Counted from the first letter of the stretch, positions 10,390 to 20,962 are shown. The stretch: DNA of 64,000 nucleotides from Bacteroidota bacterium (GCA_018267725.1 JAFDXY010000031.1:23778-87777); one strand, 5' to 3'. Made by a program: numbers and translations. The notes: generated by a model not told the origin, from the sequence alone.

Positions 10390-11550
10390 TTAATTAACTG
10401 CTTTTATTGTGTTACCAACTTTTTTAATAAAATAAAGTTTATTGTTTTCGTAATATTCAATATTGTTATTGGTGTTTTTGTTGGGAAGAATATTAAATTG
10501 ATTGAATAGTTTGAATTTGTTTTCTGAGAAATGATTGAACATAAGTTCACTACCATATTCAAAATATAAATGAGAAAAATAATACATTGCTTCATAACCT
10601 TTTAGTAACATATCTGTTGCATGCTGGTTAAATGTTTGTTTGTATTTTGTTGAAATGGAATTGTATAACGTAGTGTTTTTTGCATAATAAAATGGCGTTG
10701 AATAAACTGTTTCAACAGTTGCATCGTCAGGTATTAATACATCCCAAGTTGGCATACCTATAAGTACTGAACGATAATTTTTTAGTGTATTAATTGTTTT
10801 AATTAATCTTATACCAAATGCTTCATCAAGCGAGCCACAAATAATAGTATTGTGTTTATTGCTATCTAAATAATCTGTAATTTGTTTGGTAGAAAAACTA
10901 TCTGTTAGTTCAACTGTTTTTATTTTTAAAGGAATGGCAGCAGTGGTTCTACCCATTTCTGAAAATAAACTTTGTATATAATTTTCAATAGCACCTTTGC
11001 GTGTAAAATAAACTAAATTACCTATTGCGTAGTTCTGTTGAATATGTTTATACAATTCTTTGCAATGCATACGCAAAGTAGAATTGAGAAGAATGAAATA
11101 ATGATTATTGGAAATACCACCATCATTAGGATAAGTAGCAGATATGAGTGGAATTTTGTTGACTGATGCATAGTTACTTAGCGTTTTAATTTCATTTCTA
11201 TTATTAAATGAAGCTATCATTAAACCAAAACCTTTCATCTCTTCTTTTTGTAATACATTATTTATATTTTCTATGCTGCTTTTGGTATCGTAAATATTTA
11301 CTTCGAACGAGTAGCCTTCTGCTTTTAAAGAATCAATAGCCATCATTATACCGTTATAAAATTCTAAACCGGGCAACATATTTTTAGGTAAATTATTGTT
11401 ACCTAATTTATAATTGCTTCCATCAAATGCACTATCAATATACAAAGGTGCAAATACTGCAATTTTATTTATAACAGTTTGTGCTTTTGTTTTTAAACTA
11501 AATAATGAAAACAAAAAAACGAACAGTAATATAGATGCTAACTTTTGCAT
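10390..11550 (-). CDS. Secreted protein with a periplasmic-binding-protein (type 1)-like fold, function unknown
   Basis: The ORF-track ORF extends to 11619 and overlaps guaA. I prefer the start at 11550 (MQKLASILLFVFLFSLFSLKTKAQ signal peptide). The fold assignment is tentative. Confidence 0.45.
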   Translation of the reverse strand: MQKLASILLFVFLFSLFSLKTKAQTVINKIAVFAPLYIDSAFDGSNYKLGNNNLPKNMLPGLEFYNGIMMAIDSLKAEGYSFEVNIYDTKSSIENINNVLQKEEMKGFGLMIASFNNRNEIKTLSNYASVNKIPLISATYPNDGGISNNHYFILLNSTLRMHCKELYKHIQQNYAIGNLVYFTRKGAIENYIQSLFSEMGRTTAAIPLKIKTVELTDSFSTKQITDYLDSNKHNTIICGSLDEAFGIRLIKTINTLKNYRSVLIGMPTWDVLIPDDATVETVYSTPFYYAKNTTLYNSISTKYKQTFNQHATDMLLKGYEAMYYFSHLYFEYGSELMFNHFSENKFKLFNQFNILPNKNTNNNIEYYENNKLYFIKKVGNTIKAVN

Positions 11551-11605
11551 AAAGTTTAAAGCTAAGTTTGTTTTTTTATGAAAAAAAGAATAATGTAAAA
11601 CAAGT

Positions 11606-13186
11606 TTATTCCCACTCAATAGTAGCCGGAGGTTTACTACTTATATCATAAACTACTCTGTTAATGCCACGTACATTATTTATAATCTCGTTTGAAACAT
11701 GTGCTAAAAAATCGTAAGGTAAATGAGCCCAATCTGCCGTCATTCCATCAACACTTGTAACGGCTCTTAATGCAACGGTAAATTCATACGTTCTTTCATC
11801 GCCCATTACACCTACACTTTTTACAGGCAATAAAATAGTGCCTGCTTGCCAAACTTTCTCGTATAAATTAAATTGTTTTAAAGCATTGGTATAAACAGCA
11901 TCGGCATTTTGTAGCAGTGTTACTTTTTCTTCTGTAATATCTCCTAAAATTCTAATAGCTAAACCAGGGCCTGGAAATGGATGACGAAATAATAATTCAT
12001 GTGGAATGCCTAACTCTAAACCTACTTTTCTTACTTCATCTTTAAACAAAAAACGTAAAGGTTCTACCAATTCTAACTTCATTGTATCTGGCAAACCACC
12101 AACGTTGTGATGTGATTTAATTGTTTGCGAAGGTCCGTGCACACTAACGCTTTCAATAACATCAGGATAAATAGTTCCTTGCCCTAACATTTCAATACCT
12201 TCTAATTTGTGAGCTTCTTCATCAAAAATTTCAATGAAAGTATTTCCAATAATTTTTCTTTTTTCTTCGGGGTCTGTTTTCCCTGAAAGTTTTGTATAGA
12301 AAATATTTTTTGCATTAACACCTTTTACATTAAGGTCTAAACCTTTATAGGTTTCTATAACTTGTTCAAATTCATTTTTTCTTAAAACACCATTATCAAC
12401 AAATATTCCGAATAAATTTTTACCTATGGCTTTGCTTATAAGCATTGCAGCAACAGTACTATCTACACCGCCGCTTAAAGCCATAATAACTTTTTTATTA
12501 CCAATGGTTTGTTTTAATTGCGTTATAGTTTCTTGAACAAAATTTGCGGGTGTCCAATTTTGTTGGCAACCACATATACTTACTAAAAAATTTTTTATAA
12601 TTTCTTTTCCTTGTGTTGAATGATATACTTCTGCATGAAATTGAATGCCATAAAGAGGATAGTCAGTAAAGTCTGGTTTTGGATTTTCTTCTATTGTCTT
12701 ACTGTCTTTCAAACGCCCTGACTTTTTAAATGCTGCTACCGGAATACTTTCTGTAACAGCTAATAATTCAAAGCCTTGTGGTAAGGTTGTTATAGAATCG
12801 CTATGGCTCATCCAAACTTGCGAGCCGTTGTGTACATTATTAAATAAAACATCTTGTTGTTTAATTTCTAATTTGGCTCTGCCGTATTCTCGTTTATTAC
12901 TTTTATCTACTTTTCCTCCAAAAACTTTTGCAGTTAATTGTGCACCGTAACAAACACCTAAAACGGGTACTTGTTTAATCATTGCTTCAATATTAACCAA
13001 AGGAGCTTTTTCTTCATTAACACTAAAAGGAGAACCGCTAAGAATAATTCCTTTTATGGTGTTATTTATTTCAAATTTTTTATGATAGGGAATTATCTCG
13101 CAATAAATATTGGCTTCTCTTACGGCACGGGCAATTAGTTGTGTGTATTGGCTGCCAAAATCGAGAATTAAAATTTTTTCTGTCAT
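11606..13186 (-). CDS. guaA: GMP synthase (glutamine-hydrolysing)
   Basis: 526 aa with a GATase1 domain (CYGAQL), an ATP-PPase SGGVDS motif and the C-terminal PPATIEWE. Confidence 0.97.
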   Translation of the reverse strand: MTEKILILDFGSQYTQLIARAVREANIYCEIIPYHKKFEINNTIKGIILSGSPFSVNEEKAPLVNIEAMIKQVPVLGVCYGAQLTAKVFGGKVDKSNKREYGRAKLEIKQQDVLFNNVHNGSQVWMSHSDSITTLPQGFELLAVTESIPVAAFKKSGRLKDSKTIEENPKPDFTDYPLYGIQFHAEVYHSTQGKEIIKNFLVSICGCQQNWTPANFVQETITQLKQTIGNKKVIMALSGGVDSTVAAMLISKAIGKNLFGIFVDNGVLRKNEFEQVIETYKGLDLNVKGVNAKNIFYTKLSGKTDPEEKRKIIGNTFIEIFDEEAHKLEGIEMLGQGTIYPDVIESVSVHGPSQTIKSHHNVGGLPDTMKLELVEPLRFLFKDEVRKVGLELGIPHELLFRHPFPGPGLAIRILGDITEEKVTLLQNADAVYTNALKQFNLYEKVWQAGTILLPVKSVGVMGDERTYEFTVALRAVTSVDGMTADWAHLPYDFLAHVSNEIINNVRGINRVVYDISSKPPATIEWE

Positions 13187-13251
13187 GCCGCAAAAGTAAG
13201 TTTTATACTGTGTAGATATTTTTAGTTTAATAATCTGTGAATAGTTTTATG

Positions 13252-14256
13252 CTAATTCAAATCAAGTAAAAATTGAATGGTATCAACTCCATCTGCATAA
13301 TCGGTAAGCGTTGGTTCTTGTGCTTTTCCAAATGGAATAAATTCTTTTCCTACAATGCATTGAATATCGTTGTTTTGAGATAGTTGTTCAATTAATATTT
13401 CTTTATCAGAATAATAATCGTAATGCAAATGACTTATTGCCGAAAACACAGAAGCATTTTCTGAAAGCAAAATAGAACCATTGTTCATATACTGTTTATT
13501 ATTCATAATAAGTAATGCCAATTGATAATCGAAATTGTGTTTGTATTTATGAAATTCAATTAAGTAATCGTAAGTTCTTAATGCTTCTAATAATTTCATA
13601 AAATCATACTGTTGCGGAACATATAGTTTAGTAATATTTCTGCAACCCAAACCAAAATATAATTGAATATCTGTTGAAAGATTTTGTAATTCTTCTTTTG
13701 TTTCATTTCCTTCTAAAATCGCTACAGATGTACGGTTTCGGCGAATGATATGTGGATACTTTGAAAAATAATATTCAAAATATCGGCTGCTATTGTTGCT
13801 GCCTGTAGCAATATAAGTATCGCAACTTTTTAAAGTATTTGCAAATGCAACAAGCTCTTTTACTTCACTATTCCACTCAGTTAATTTGCTTACAAAAAAT
13901 GGTAATAAAATTTCATCTTGTGATGAGAGTTTAATTAATAATTTATTTCCTGTAATAAATCCGCATAAAAAATCGTGAAAACCAACCAACGGAATATTTC
14001 CAGCCATTACAATACCTATTGTTTTTGGGTTATTATTTTTTTCGGGAATAGAGTAAGAAGATACCCATTGTTGCAACTTATTTTCACTTAAAAAATTAGT
14101 AACAATTTGTTTAACGGCTATATTAATAAACTCGGGTGTAAACCATGGATTGGTAAGTGAGGCTTTGGTTTTAGCTGCTTTCCATTGTTCATTATTATCT
14201 TCTTCAATAAAAGTTTTCAACTTTATTAATAATTCAATTCTTTGTTGTAAATTCAT
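13252..14256 (-). CDS. LuxC-like acyl-CoA reductase family protein
   Basis: 334 aa, divergent from a small ferredoxin gene. This is a pairing I recall as conserved in Bacteroidota. The call rests on family resemblance only. Confidence 0.5.
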   Translation of the reverse strand: MNLQQRIELLIKLKTFIEEDNNEQWKAAKTKASLTNPWFTPEFINIAVKQIVTNFLSENKLQQWVSSYSIPEKNNNPKTIGIVMAGNIPLVGFHDFLCGFITGNKLLIKLSSQDEILLPFFVSKLTEWNSEVKELVAFANTLKSCDTYIATGSNNSSRYFEYYFSKYPHIIRRNRTSVAILEGNETKEELQNLSTDIQLYFGLGCRNITKLYVPQQYDFMKLLEALRTYDYLIEFHKYKHNFDYQLALLIMNNKQYMNNGSILLSENASVFSAISHLHYDYYSDKEILIEQLSQNNDIQCIVGKEFIPFGKAQEPTLTDYADGVDTIQFLLDLN

Positions 14257-14277
14257 GTTGTATATTGCTTTAAAACT

Positions 14278-14285
14278 TACATTTG
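14278..14285 (+). promoter_or_regulatory. Putative -7 promoter box for the ferredoxin gene
   Basis: TACATTTG is an exact TAnnTTTG match, 32 nt upstream of the ATG at 14317. Confidence 0.35.
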
Positions 14286-14316
14286 ATTATTCAATTAAAA
14301 AATCAAAATTAAACGT

Positions 14317-14664
14317 ATGGCTATAAAAATTACCGACGAATGTATTAATTGTGGTGCTTGTGAACCTGAATGCCCTAATAATGCTATTTATGAAGGTGGC
14401 GTAGAATGGGCTCTTGCAGATGGAACAACTGTAAAAGGAAGTGTAACTTTAATGGATGGAAGTTCTATGGATGCAGACTTACGCAATGCACCAATTTCTA
14501 CAGATACCTATTATATTGTGCCAAATAAATGTACCGAGTGTCAAGGTTTTCATGAAGAGCCACAATGTGCATCAGTATGCCCGGTAGATTGTTGTGTACC
14601 AGATGATATGTATAAAGAAACCGTAGAAGAATTGTTGGCTAAGAAAGATAAATTACACATATAA
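14317..14664 (+). CDS. 4Fe-4S dicluster ferredoxin
   Basis: 115 aa with [12 protein letters not shown] and CTECQG...[10 protein letters not shown] cluster motifs. Confidence 0.85.
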   Translation: MAIKITDECINCGACEPECPNNAIYEGGVEWALADGTTVKGSVTLMDGSSMDADLRNAPISTDTYYIVPNKCTECQGFHEEPQCASVCPVDCCVPDDMYKETVEELLAKKDKLHI

Positions 14665-14790
14665 ATGTGCTAAACTTTTTTAGTAATAATTGTTTGAAAT
14701 ACCAATTAATTAATGTAGGTTTATGTTCTAATAATTGTTGCCAACTAAGGCAACATCAGTAACGGCGGGTGATATTTCCCGTCAGCATTA

Positions 14791-14821
14791 GGTGAAGAAA
14801 AAACTTTCTTCACCTTTTTTG
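14791..14821 (+). terminator. Rho-independent terminator after the ferredoxin gene
   Basis: GGTGAAGAAA / TTTCTTCACC form a 10-bp perfect stem (14791-14814), followed by TTTTTTG. Confidence 0.65.
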
Positions 14822-14895
14822 TTAAATAGAAAATAAATTAATAAAAAAAGAAATTTTTAATTGTAAGGCAAACATTATAAATCATCTATCATAAT

Positions 14896-14903
14896 TATAT
14901 TTG
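14896..14903 (+). promoter_or_regulatory. Putative -7 promoter box for ddl
   Basis: TATATTTG is an exact TAnnTTTG match, 23 nt upstream of the ATG at 14926. Confidence 0.35.
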
Positions 14904-14925
14904 GCAAGATTTAATTTTTATTTCA

Positions 14926-15903
14926 ATGAAGAAAAAAATTGCTTTAGTTACCGGCGGTTATAGTGGTGAAGCAGAAATTAGCTACAAAAGTGCTGTTACA
15001 GTTGGCAACAATATTGATAGAGAAAAATTTGATGTATATAAAATTGATATACACCCAAGTGGTTGGTGGTATGTAAATGATGCAGAAAATAAATTTGCGG
15101 TAAACAGAGAAGACTTTACAATTATTCATAGTGAAAACAAAATAAAGTTTGATGCTGTTTTACTTTGCATACACGGCACACCCGGTGAAGATGGAAAACT
15201 ACAAGGTTATTTTGATATGTTGGGTTTGCCTTATACCAGTTGCGATGCTGCAACTTCTGCATTAACTTTTAATAAAAGATATACTGTTGCCATAGCTGCT
15301 TTTGGCGGAATAAACGTAGCAAAAAGTATGCACTTATTTAAACATACACCAATAAGTACCGAAACTATTTTACAACAATTACAACTACCTGTTTTTGTAA
15401 AACCCAATAACGGCGGAAGTAGTATTGGAATGAGTAAAGTAAATGAACCGAATGAATTACAAACTGCATTAAACAAAGCATTTAAAGAAGATAATCAAAT
15501 TTTAATAGAAGAATTTATTAAAGGAAGAGAGTTTACTATTGGTGTTTTTAAAACAAAAGGCGAAATAATTGTATTGCCTATTACCGAAATAAAAACACAG
15601 AAAGAGTTTTTTGATTTTGAAGCAAAATACCAAGGTAAAAGTGAAGAAGTAACGCCTGCACAAATTTCTAATGAAATGCTTAAACAATTAGAAACAGCAG
15701 CTAAAAATGTTTACGAAATATTAAACTGCCGAGGCATTGTAAGAATTGATTTTATTTATAGCGAAAAACACAATGCACCATTTATGTTGGAAGTAAACAC
15801 AGTACCCGGACAAAGTGCCGCAAGTGTAGTGCCACAACAGGTTGTAGCAAAAGGCTGGACTTTAAAAGATTTTTATACAGCAGTAATTGAAGAATGTTTG
15901 TAG
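14926..15903 (+). CDS. ddl: D-alanine--D-alanine ligase
   Basis: 325 aa with an ATP-grasp architecture (HGTPGEDGKLQG, GGSSIGMSKV, LEVNTVPG). Confidence 0.95.
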   Translation: MKKKIALVTGGYSGEAEISYKSAVTVGNNIDREKFDVYKIDIHPSGWWYVNDAENKFAVNREDFTIIHSENKIKFDAVLLCIHGTPGEDGKLQGYFDMLGLPYTSCDAATSALTFNKRYTVAIAAFGGINVAKSMHLFKHTPISTETILQQLQLPVFVKPNNGGSSIGMSKVNEPNELQTALNKAFKEDNQILIEEFIKGREFTIGVFKTKGEIIVLPITEIKTQKEFFDFEAKYQGKSEEVTPAQISNEMLKQLETAAKNVYEILNCRGIVRIDFIYSEKHNAPFMLEVNTVPGQSAASVVPQQVVAKGWTLKDFYTAVIEECL

Positions 15904-16019
15904 AAGAAAGATTAAGAAGTTGAAAACCGCAAATCGCAAGTTGTAAATTTTAATATCAACTCACAATTAACGATTCTCAACTCACGAGTAAATAAATCAT
16001 ACATTGTAAATAAAAGAGC

Positions 16020-16826
16020 GTGTTTAAATTTATTACATCAAAACCATTGTGGGTTAATATTTTGGTAGGAATTGCATTTGCATTTTTACTTATATTAATA
16101 TTTTTTGGTTTATTGAGTTCTATTACGGGGCACGATAAATACCAAAAAGTTCCATCTGTATTAGCACAAAATATAGATGCAGCTAAATTAACTTTAATGA
16201 ATTCGGGCTTTAGTGTTGAGGTAACAGATTCGGTGTATGATATGTCTGTTGGTGCATTGTCTGTAGTACGCCAATCCCCCGAACCTGATGCATTGGTTAA
16301 AGCAGGCAGAAAAATATTTTTAACCATAAACCGTGCAGTAGCACCACAAGTTGAAATGCCTAATTTGGTTGGCTTTTCATACAGAAGTGCAGAAATGTAT
16401 TTAGTTACTTTGGGCTTAAAAGTTGGCGATACTTCTTACCGTCCGGATATTGCACGTAATGCAGTTTTAGAGCAATTATATAATCATCAAGTTGTTAAAG
16501 CAGGCACTAAATTGCCGGTAGGTAGCAGTATTAGTTTTGTATTAGGAAGCGGAGAGGGTAGCGGTGAATTATTAGTGCCAGATTTAGTAGGCTTAACTTA
16601 CGAGCAAGCAAAAGGCCAGTTGCAAACATTAAATATAAATATTGGTTCAATTGTTTTAACCGATGCTGTAAAAGATAGTGCTGCTGCATTTATTGTAAAA
16701 CAAAATCCGCCTGTTTATATTGAAACTACACCTAATGTTAAAACACTAAATAAAATGAAACCGGGGCAATTAATGGATTTATATTTAAACACCATTGCAC
16801 CAATAAAAGATACCACTAACCATTAA
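16020..16826 (+). CDS. PASTA domain-containing membrane protein
   Basis: 268 aa from a GTG start. It has an N-terminal TM helix followed by three PASTA-like repeats (VPSVLAQ, MPNLVGFSYRSA, VPDLVGLTYEQA). Confidence 0.85.
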   Translation: MFKFITSKPLWVNILVGIAFAFLLILIFFGLLSSITGHDKYQKVPSVLAQNIDAAKLTLMNSGFSVEVTDSVYDMSVGALSVVRQSPEPDALVKAGRKIFLTINRAVAPQVEMPNLVGFSYRSAEMYLVTLGLKVGDTSYRPDIARNAVLEQLYNHQVVKAGTKLPVGSSISFVLGSGEGSGELLVPDLVGLTYEQAKGQLQTLNINIGSIVLTDAVKDSAAAFIVKQNPPVYIETTPNVKTLNKMKPGQLMDLYLNTIAPIKDTTNH

Positions 16827-16836
16827 AAATAAAACA

Positions 16837-17145
16837 ATGAAAACAATAACAGCAGAAGAAATAAAAGCAAGATTAGATGCAGGAGAAAAAATAAATTTAT
16901 TAGATGTTAGAGAACCACACGAACACGCAGAATTCAATATTGGCGGTACTTTACTTCCTTTAGGAAATATTCAAACCATGCAAATTGATGATATTGAAAA
17001 CTTACGTGGAGAAGAAATAATTGTGTATTGCCGTAGCGGTAACCGCAGCGGACAAGCCTGTATGTTTTTAGAACAAATGGGTTTTAGCAATGTTTCAAAC
17101 CTTACAGGAGGAATGTTGTATTGGCAAGATAAAATTGCAAAATAA
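16837..17145 (+). CDS. Rhodanese-like domain protein
   Basis: 102 aa with the active-site loop YCRSGNRS. Confidence 0.9.
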   Translation: MKTITAEEIKARLDAGEKINLLDVREPHEHAEFNIGGTLLPLGNIQTMQIDDIENLRGEEIIVYCRSGNRSGQACMFLEQMGFSNVSNLTGGMLYWQDKIAK

Positions 17146-17161
17146 TATAGCGTAAAAATTA

Positions 17162-17464
17162 TTACTTTTTTAATTCTGCTGCTGCCACCAATTGCTCAGG
17201 ATTTTTAAGAAAATTGGCTTTACATTCTTTAGAACAAAAACCATATCTCTTTCCTTTATAACTAACTGTATCGCTAATGCCGGCAGTTACGGGCATTCCG
17301 CAAGAAGGGTCTTTGGTGTTATCTACAAAACGAACGTCTATTGATTGAGGCACTTCGCTTTGCATTGCAGTAGAATCTTTTTTATCAACTTGTTTGGGTT
17401 GTTTATTATTAGCACATGCAATTAAAAATAATGTTGCACTAAATAATACAATAAGTTTTTTCAT
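17162..17464 (-). CDS. YHS/TRASH-domain lipoprotein (putative metal binding)
   Basis: 100 aa with a lipobox (LIAC) and CGMPV...YKGKRYGFCSKECKANF. Confidence 0.75.
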   Translation of the reverse strand: MKKLIVLFSATLFLIACANNKQPKQVDKKDSTAMQSEVPQSIDVRFVDNTKDPSCGMPVTAGISDTVSYKGKRYGFCSKECKANFLKNPEQLVAAAELKK

Positions 17465-17613
17465 AACGGTAGTTTTTTCAAAGATAGAATAACAGTATTT
17501 TCTGTAATATAAAATGTGTTGTTATAAAGTTAATTTTATTTGAATAAATAAAGATTGAATAACAATATGACTACTAATCTTCAACAAATTTTTTGTAACT
17601 ATCTTCGTTTAAA

Positions 17614-18303
17614 ATGATGCACAAATTTAAAAAAATAGTAGTAATTGTTGCCGGCGGAAATGGTTTGAGAATGGAGAGTGATTTGCCAAAACAATTTTTG
17701 TTGTTAAAAGGTAAACCTTTATTGTGGCACAGCATTAAAGCATTTATAGATGCGTATAATACTATAAAAATTATTTTAGTATTGCCTAAAGCATATATTA
17801 AAAAAGGAGAAGAAATAATAAAAGAATTTAAAGCAGAAATAATTATTGTTGAAGGAGGAGAAACTCGTTTTCACTCTGTACAAAACGGATTACAACATGT
17901 GAATGATAAAGCTATTGTTTGGGTGCATGATGCTGTAAGATGTTTATTGACTGTTGATTTAATTAAAAAATGTTACGATAAAGCAATTGAAAAAGGAAAT
18001 GCAGTGCCGGCGGTTGCTGCAACAGATAGTTTGAGAATAATTAAAGATGAAAAAAATAAAATTATTGATAGAAATAATGTTAGAATAATACAAACACCGC
18101 AAGCATTTAAAGCACATATTTTATTAACGGCTTTTAGGTTGCCATATAAAGAAAGTTTTACAGACGAAGCATCGGTTGTTGAAGCAAGTGGTAATGAAAT
18201 TTTTTTAATTGAAGGAGAGTACAACAACATTAAAATTACTCGTCCTATTGATTTAATTATTGCAGAAAAAATAATGAATGATAGAGAAAAAACTATTGTT
18301 TAA
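17614..18303 (+). CDS. ispD: 2-C-methyl-D-erythritol 4-phosphate cytidylyltransferase
   Basis: 229 aa with VIVAGGNGLRM, the PKQFL motif and IQTPQAF. Confidence 0.9.
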   Translation: MMHKFKKIVVIVAGGNGLRMESDLPKQFLLLKGKPLLWHSIKAFIDAYNTIKIILVLPKAYIKKGEEIIKEFKAEIIIVEGGETRFHSVQNGLQHVNDKAIVWVHDAVRCLLTVDLIKKCYDKAIEKGNAVPAVAATDSLRIIKDEKNKIIDRNNVRIIQTPQAFKAHILLTAFRLPYKESFTDEASVVEASGNEIFLIEGEYNNIKITRPIDLIIAEKIMNDREKTIV

Positions 18304-19213
18304 ATAATCTTAATAAATGTAAAAGATTATTAAAATGCCAATGATAATAAGGCTGATTAATTGCACCAAATTTCTCATAAAATTTTTTAACACCTTCTAT
18401 ATTGCTTCCTTCAAAATCAAATATTGGAATTCCTTCATTTTGTAATTCTTCAAACAAACAATTGTATAAAAAATAATTTGCATTAACTTCTCTTCCTTTT
18501 GGCGAAGTATAATTTAGAATATTGTAAAATCTGTTTTTATCTTTCAATAAAATTACACTGCTAAGTAGTTCTTTATTTTCAGTAATTACTTGTCGTGCAA
18601 ATACATTTAAACGAGCTGTAAATGTTTTAATTAACTGAGTAAATTTTTCATAATCATTATTTGTTAAGTGTGCCAAATTTTTTTTATTGTATTGCTTGTA
18701 TAGGCTAATAGTTTCTTCTATACTTTCTAATAAAACATAGGTACAGCCTAACTTTTTAGCTTTTTGTAAACTTTGTGCAACAGAAGCGTGATATTTATTT
18801 TTTACATTATTGTAACCTTTACTTAAATCAATAACATAATTATTTCTTAGTGTAACATTTGCCTCATGCTCTATAAAGTTATTTTGATGATTTAAAAAAA
18901 CATCTCCATACTTAAAATGTTTTTTTATGTATTGTATAACTTGTAAACATAGTTCGTTATTTATATTTCCTATAATGCCCAACTGTTGTGTAAAAGGAGG
19001 AGTGTATATGTATTGTATACCCCATTTTTTTTTTACAGGTAATGCCATTACTGCTTCATAATTATTTACAATTAATGCGTAACAATTATTGCAAATTGTA
19101 TTTAAATAAGTGTAAGTAGAATATATAAGACCATTATGTTTTGCAATAACTTCATTCCATTTTTGTTTGTCAACTTTTTTAAATGGAATTATTTGTATGG
19201 TAAAAGGTTGCAT
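18293..19213 (-). CDS. FemAB-like / GNAT-fold acyltransferase family protein (tentative)
   Basis: The ORF-track ORF extends to 19240. I prefer the ATG at 19213 (MQPFTIQIIP), which abuts the stop of the sugar transferase. The family call is weak. Confidence 0.4.
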   Translation of the reverse strand: MQPFTIQIIPFKKVDKQKWNEVIAKHNGLIYSTYTYLNTICNNCYALIVNNYEAVMALPVKKKWGIQYIYTPPFTQQLGIIGNINNELCLQVIQYIKKHFKYGDVFLNHQNNFIEHEANVTLRNNYVIDLSKGYNNVKNKYHASVAQSLQKAKKLGCTYVLLESIEETISLYKQYNKKNLAHLTNNDYEKFTQLIKTFTARLNVFARQVITENKELLSSVILLKDKNRFYNILNYTSPKGREVNANYFLYNCLFEELQNEGIPIFDFEGSNIEGVKKFYEKFGAINQPYYHWHFNNLLHLLRLFKQ

Positions 19214-19214
19214 A

Positions 19215-19838
19215 CTATTTTCCTTTTCCTGTAAAAACAATACTAATGGTTTGCAGTATTATTTTTAAATTTTTTGATAGAGATGGTTGCTCAATATATT
19301 CAACATCAAACTGCATTCTTTTAATTATTTGCTCAACGGTAGATGCGTAACCGTAATTAACCATTCCGGCAGAAGTTAAGCCCGGCTTTATTTGCAGCAG
19401 TTTGTGGTAATTAATGCCTTGTTGTGTTATTTGTTCAATAAAATATTTTCTTTCAGGCCTTGGGCCTACAAAATTCATATCTCCTTTAATAATATTCCAT
19501 AACTGAGGTAGTTCATCTATTTTAAATCTTCGCATAAACTTCCCCCAAACAGTTACCCGTATATCTTTATTGTTTGAAAGCTCTGGCCCGTTTTTTTCTG
19601 CATTACTATACATGCTTCTAAATTTGTATATTGTAAATGGAATTTTGTTTAAGCCAATTCTCTCTTGCTTGTAAATAATATTTCCTTTTGAGCTAAGTTT
19701 TGTAATTATGGCAACTATTATTAATAATGGCATTAAAATAATTAATAATATAACTGCACAAAAAAAATTTACAGTTCTTTTTATAAAGAGCCTGCTGTTT
19801 GATAAATACATTTGTTTTTCTGTAATCAGCAAATCCAT
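19215..19838 (-). CDS. Small phosphoglycosyl (bacterial sugar) transferase, PglC/WbaP C-terminal type
   Basis: 207 aa with one N-terminal helix, KFRSM and the DELPQLWNIIKGDMNFVGPRPE motif. Confidence 0.9.
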   Translation of the reverse strand: MDLLITEKQMYLSNSRLFIKRTVNFFCAVILLIILMPLLIIVAIITKLSSKGNIIYKQERIGLNKIPFTIYKFRSMYSNAEKNGPELSNNKDIRVTVWGKFMRRFKIDELPQLWNIIKGDMNFVGPRPERKYFIEQITQQGINYHKLLQIKPGLTSAGMVNYGYASTVEQIIKRMQFDVEYIEQPSLSKNLKIILQTISIVFTGKGK

Positions 19839-20813
19839 TTAGTTGGCAATATTGGTGTTATTTATTTTAGCAATAATTTGATGTGCAACTTGCATAGCCA
19901 ATAAACCGTCAATTTCATTAACAACAGGTGTTGTATTGTTAAGTATTGAATTTACAAAACTTTCTAACTCTAATTTTATTGCATTGGTTTTAGGAATTTC
20001 GGGTGTTGCAACTGCTATTGTTTTTTTTCCGCTTGGTGTTTCTAAATCAAATTCAAAAATATCTTTATCTGTATCTTCTTTTAGTTTTATAATTTCTGTT
20101 TTCTTTTCTAAAAGGTCTAAACCAATGTATGCATCTTTTTGAAACAATCTTACTTTACGCATTTTCTTCATACTAATTCTGCTGCTGGTTAAATTAGCAA
20201 CACAACCATTATTAAATTCAATTCTAACGTTGGCAATATCAGGTGTATCAGTCATTACAGCCACACCACTTGCATAAATATTTTTTACATCGCTTTTTAC
20301 TAAACTTAAAATAATATCAATATCATGAATCATTAAATCTAATATTACACTTACTTCTGTACCACGCGGATTAAATTGTGCCAACCTATGAACCTCAATA
20401 AACATGGGGTTTAGCTGTATATTTTTTAATGCTAAATAAGCAGGATTAAATCTTTCAACATGCCCAACCTGAAATTTTATATTGGCTTCTCTAACCATGT
20501 TTACCAACTGTTTTGCTTCATCAATAGTATGTGTTAATGGTTTTTCTACAAACACATGTTTGCCTTTTCTTACAGCTTGCACACATATTTCAAAATGTTT
20601 ATCTGTTGGCACAACTACATCAATAATATCACAAGCATCCATTAATTTTTCTTCGTCTGAAAAACGTTTTAACCCATATTCTGCAGTTACTTGTTTTGCG
20701 TTATCGTTATTAGGATCAAAAAAACCAACAAGTTTTACATTCTCAATTTCTTTCCAATTATTCAAATGAAATTTTCCTAAATGTCCAACTCCAAAAATTC
20801 CAACTTTAAGCAT
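19839..20813 (-). CDS. Gfo/Idh/MocA family oxidoreductase
   Basis: 324 aa with an N-terminal Rossmann motif (VGIFGVGHLGKFH) and EKP. Its stop abuts the sugar transferase start. Confidence 0.85.
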   Translation of the reverse strand: MLKVGIFGVGHLGKFHLNNWKEIENVKLVGFFDPNNDNAKQVTAEYGLKRFSDEEKLMDACDIIDVVVPTDKHFEICVQAVRKGKHVFVEKPLTHTIDEAKQLVNMVREANIKFQVGHVERFNPAYLALKNIQLNPMFIEVHRLAQFNPRGTEVSVILDLMIHDIDIILSLVKSDVKNIYASGVAVMTDTPDIANVRIEFNNGCVANLTSSRISMKKMRKVRLFQKDAYIGLDLLEKKTEIIKLKEDTDKDIFEFDLETPSGKKTIAVATPEIPKTNAIKLELESFVNSILNNTTPVVNEIDGLLAMQVAHQIIAKINNTNIAN

Positions 20814-20921
20814 AACAAAATTTTAGCCCGTAAAGATAATTATTAGGCGAAGCGAATAAATTATTTAAAAACAATGTGGATAGTTTTGTGTAACCAACTT
20901 TTTGTTATTAATAAAACTTTT

Positions 20922-20941
20922 CTTGCGTCGCACACTTGTAC
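20922..20941 (+). repeat. Copy 1 of the dispersed intergenic motif CTTGCGTCGCACACTTGTAC
   Basis: The 19-nt core TTGCGTCGCACACTTGTAC is identical to the copies at 45142-45160 and 50779-50797. Confidence 0.9.
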
Positions 20942-20962
20942 TTTTAATTTGCTGTGCAACCA

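Noticed and set aside
12640-12720. Extra ~20-aa segment in GuaA ([21 protein letters not shown]) as a possible insertion
   Set aside because: It lies in a surface-loop region of the GATase domain. Without an alignment I cannot show that it is unusual for the clade.
14730-14821. SRP (4.5S) RNA candidate, because of CCAACTAAGGCAAC and multiple hairpins
   Set aside because: It has no GGAA tetraloop or symmetric-loop motif in either orientation, and the element order does not match domain IV. It is kept only as a low-interest structured 3' region.
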